Shown: positions 61,977 through 64,000 of the stretch, in pieces
Position numbering within the stretch: the stretch's first letter is position 1
How the letters are laid out: the number at the start of each line of letters is the position of its first letter
Source of the DNA: a virus
Taxonomy: Duplodnaviria; Caudoviricetes
Reading direction: 5' to 3' (one strand)
IMG/VR virus record: IMGVR_UViG_3300025715_000009
Span: 288,001-352,000 of that record
Length of the DNA: 64,000 nt
Notes under the pieces: generated by a model
Told to the model about the DNA's origin: nothing
Database searches by the model: none
Seen by the model: the letters and a program-made list of their open reading frames with translations, nothing else
Made by a program: the position numbers and the translations under genes

Positions 61977-62621
61977 CTACTCATAATATTTCATCCAATC
62001 TGTAGAATATTTTGTTTTTAGCTTTTCAAGATAAGAATTTGTTTTAATCTTACACATCCATACCTTGCCTCTAAAAGCACCACTCTTTTCTCTTCCTTTG
62101 CAAATTACTCCTTCATTTACACTAAACTCATTCTCTCTTACCCTGTTGATAAAATCATCAGTTAAATTGCCTTCATAAATCACTCTTGGTGTAGGTACTA
62201 TGCCTAATAATTTATTAGCTACTTTGACAAACTCTTGAGGCATTAAAAATTCTGTCCATTGGCTTTTAATTAAGAGGATATCAAACATGACAAATCGCAT
62301 CTTATCAATTGGGTCGCTATGAAAACCAGCAAATGAATTTGGGCCTACATACTCACCAAAAACAACTATTTCTTTATCTTTAGGATAAAATTTGCGGAAA
62401 TACTCTTCTAGTGGTTCTTTGCAAGTTGAATTAAAGACATTGACTACTCCACCTAAAATTGGATGAGAAGAGTCAATAAGTTGTGTTCTACTTCCAAATA
62501 AGTCAAATCCTCTTTTAGAAGTATATTTGACTCTTATATTACTCCCATCAAGCTTTTCAAAAGCTATCATTTGTTTTCTGGGGGCTCTGGAAGAATTAAT
62601 AATGGAAGGATACTCTATCAT
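61977..62621 (-). CDS. RNA ligase-family protein (second)
   Basis: FEKLDGSN, VFGEY, MFDI, EGVI, KIKT. Confidence 0.82.
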   Translation of the reverse strand: MIEYPSIINSSRAPRKQMIAFEKLDGSNIRVKYTSKRGFDLFGSRTQLIDSSHPILGGVVNVFNSTCKEPLEEYFRKFYPKDKEIVVFGEYVGPNSFAGFHSDPIDKMRFVMFDILLIKSQWTEFLMPQEFVKVANKLLGIVPTPRVIYEGNLTDDFINRVRENEFSVNEGVICKGREKSGAFRGKVWMCKIKTNSYLEKLKTKYSTDWMKYYE

Positions 62622-62702
62622 ATAATCTCCTTTATCGGCCTAAGATAGCGAAGATTATATTTTTGAACTGCACTGGATTCGAACCAGTGACCCACGCCTT
62701 AA

Positions 62703-63365
62703 CTTACTACTTTCAGTTTCCTGAACCATCTTTCAATGTTGTAGTCTGGACTTTATCTTCATCGTTTTCAAGAGGTACGATGTCTTGCGTAAAGTCTCTG
62801 AGGAACCTATCAATACCATATTCTTCAATAAAATTTATTCCAGTTTTTTGATTATTCTTTGGTTGATTCATTCTTATACTAAAGCCACTTTCTTTTTTAC
62901 AAGCTTCATTAGAAGAAATCCATACAATTTTTTCATTAAATGGATTATAAATTGCAAACCAATCAACATCTTTTTCTGAATAAGTATATCTATATCCATT
63001 TGGACCAGATTTTTGAAGACGAAGTAGAACTTTTTCTTCATTACTTCCAGAATATTTTATTTGAATTTTTTTAAAATCCCCGATTTTTCTGCAATTAAAT
63101 CAATCTTAGAATAATCACCAATTTCTGCAAAAACATTAAATTCATGTTTTTGTAATTCTAATACAACTGAAGAATATGCTATATTTCCTTTATGTTTTGT
63201 ATGCATATAATAATATATGCTTAGGAAATCTAGTTTCCTGCGGATTGCCCAATCTTTTTGATTTTTACTAGTTGCATAGTACAAAAAGCTCTAAGGGGTT
63301 TCCCGCATATAGCAAGATCCAGTATTTAGATTAAACCTCCTTTTTCTAAATACGCTCTTAATTTA
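62703..63365 (-). mobile_element. Group I intron in the tRNA-Lys anticodon
   Basis: Core-like elements TGCGGGAAA, AATCCGCAG, TCAGAGACT and AAGATAAAGTCC; terminal G; U-G pair possible in P1. Confidence 0.88.
62713..63206 (-). CDS. Intron-encoded PD-(D/E)XK homing endonuclease (I-Ssp6803I-like), frameshifted at an A7 tract
   Basis: HTKHKGNIA...KIDLIAEK...; adding one A gives IQIKY...Y...DVDWFAIY (164 aa). Confidence 0.8.
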
Positions 63366-63407
63366 AAGGGCGTTGCTCTACCATCTGAGCTAGCAGTCCA
63401 ATAATAC

Positions 63408-63704
63408 TTAGTCTATAATTTCCTTGGAACGAACACCATAATCATGACCAATGTAATCAACTTTATATTGCTTGCCATTTTCATTGGTGATAATGATTGT
63501 AAAGTTCCCAGTAGTAGAATCATCGCTAATATAGGCTTTAGCCTTAATTGTTTCGATTACCTGACCAGTGCGGGTATTCTCAATGACAATTTCACGATAC
63601 AACCCACCACCAAAGTCAGATTTAACATTCTTGATGGTTTGTTGAAAAGACATCCCACAAGAAGTTAACATTGCTACTAGAACTAGAACAACCATTTTCT
63701 TCAT
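63408..63704 (-). CDS. Lipoprotein
   Basis: MLTSC lipobox; KSDFGGGLYR. Confidence 0.7.
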   Translation of the reverse strand: MKKMVVLVLVAMLTSCGMSFQQTIKNVKSDFGGGLYREIVIENTRTGQVIETIKAKAYISDDSTTGNFTIIITNENGKQYKVDYIGHDYGVRSKEIID

Positions 63705-63897
63705 TTTATTCTCCTTTTGTTTTTAAAATATTTCCATATATTTGGCATTATTTTAAATATAATACCTCCTATTTTATAGGATATTATATTATTCCAAGAC
63801 CCAACTTTACACATATGACAATCTGCATCAAATTCATGATGTATTGAACAAATTGAGAACCATTCTTTTTTCCAAAATAATTTACCTTTTGTCATAT

Positions 63898-63932
63898 TGA
63901 AGAAAGAAGGACTTGAACCTTCAACCGGATTA
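63898..63932 (-). pseudogene. Orphan tRNA 3' fragment
   Basis: GAAGG-TTCAAGT-CCTTC-TTTCTTC-A with coding-like sequence immediately 5'. Confidence 0.55.
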
Positions 63933-64000
63933 CTTCATCTTTCTTAATAATATATTGATTGATTTCATGGTACCATCCACCAATCTCAAAAAAGATAGAT

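Larger units (their letters stand above)
62664..63399 (-). tRNA. tRNA-Lys(UUU) split by an intron (exons 63399-63366 and 62702-62664)
   Basis: Joined exons give ACGCC-CTT|TTAA-GGCGT with GGACTGC/GCAGTTC acceptor. Confidence 0.9.

Noticed and set aside
1-64000. Genome-wide TAG reassignment
   Set aside because: Genes are intact under code 11 and many end in TAG at natural positions (e.g. guaC, GGDEF); only one internal TAG was found.

Overview
AT-rich segment of a large (jumbo/huge, T4-like-organised) bacteriophage genome, almost all on the minus strand apart from a plus-strand block at about 56.6-60.9 kb. It holds about 42 hand-folded tRNA genes, including an amber-reading CUA tRNA and a tRNA-Lys split by a group I intron carrying a PD-(D/E)XK endonuclease. 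It also has a GOLLD-like giant ncRNA with an embedded tRNA, several unexplained structured RNAs, ThyX, GuaC, rIIA, two RNA ligases, spanin-like genes, a HicBA pair and a set of orphan signalling modules (GAF, two REC, Cache-like, hemerythrin, GGDEF). The most striking feature is a set of free-standing nuclease genes, each linked to an intact tRNA and sitting next to broken pieces of another tRNA. In the clearest case (27.06-27.98 kb) the 5' and 3' ends of a resident Val-type tRNA gene, whose acceptor strands are perfectly complementary, flank a cassette of promoter, Zn-finger nuclease and a sequence-divergent tRNA-Val. This suggests 'destroy-and-replace' mobile cassettes that target tRNA genes. 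All calls come from manual reading and motif recognition; no database searches were run, and three homopolymer frameshifts may be sequencing errors.
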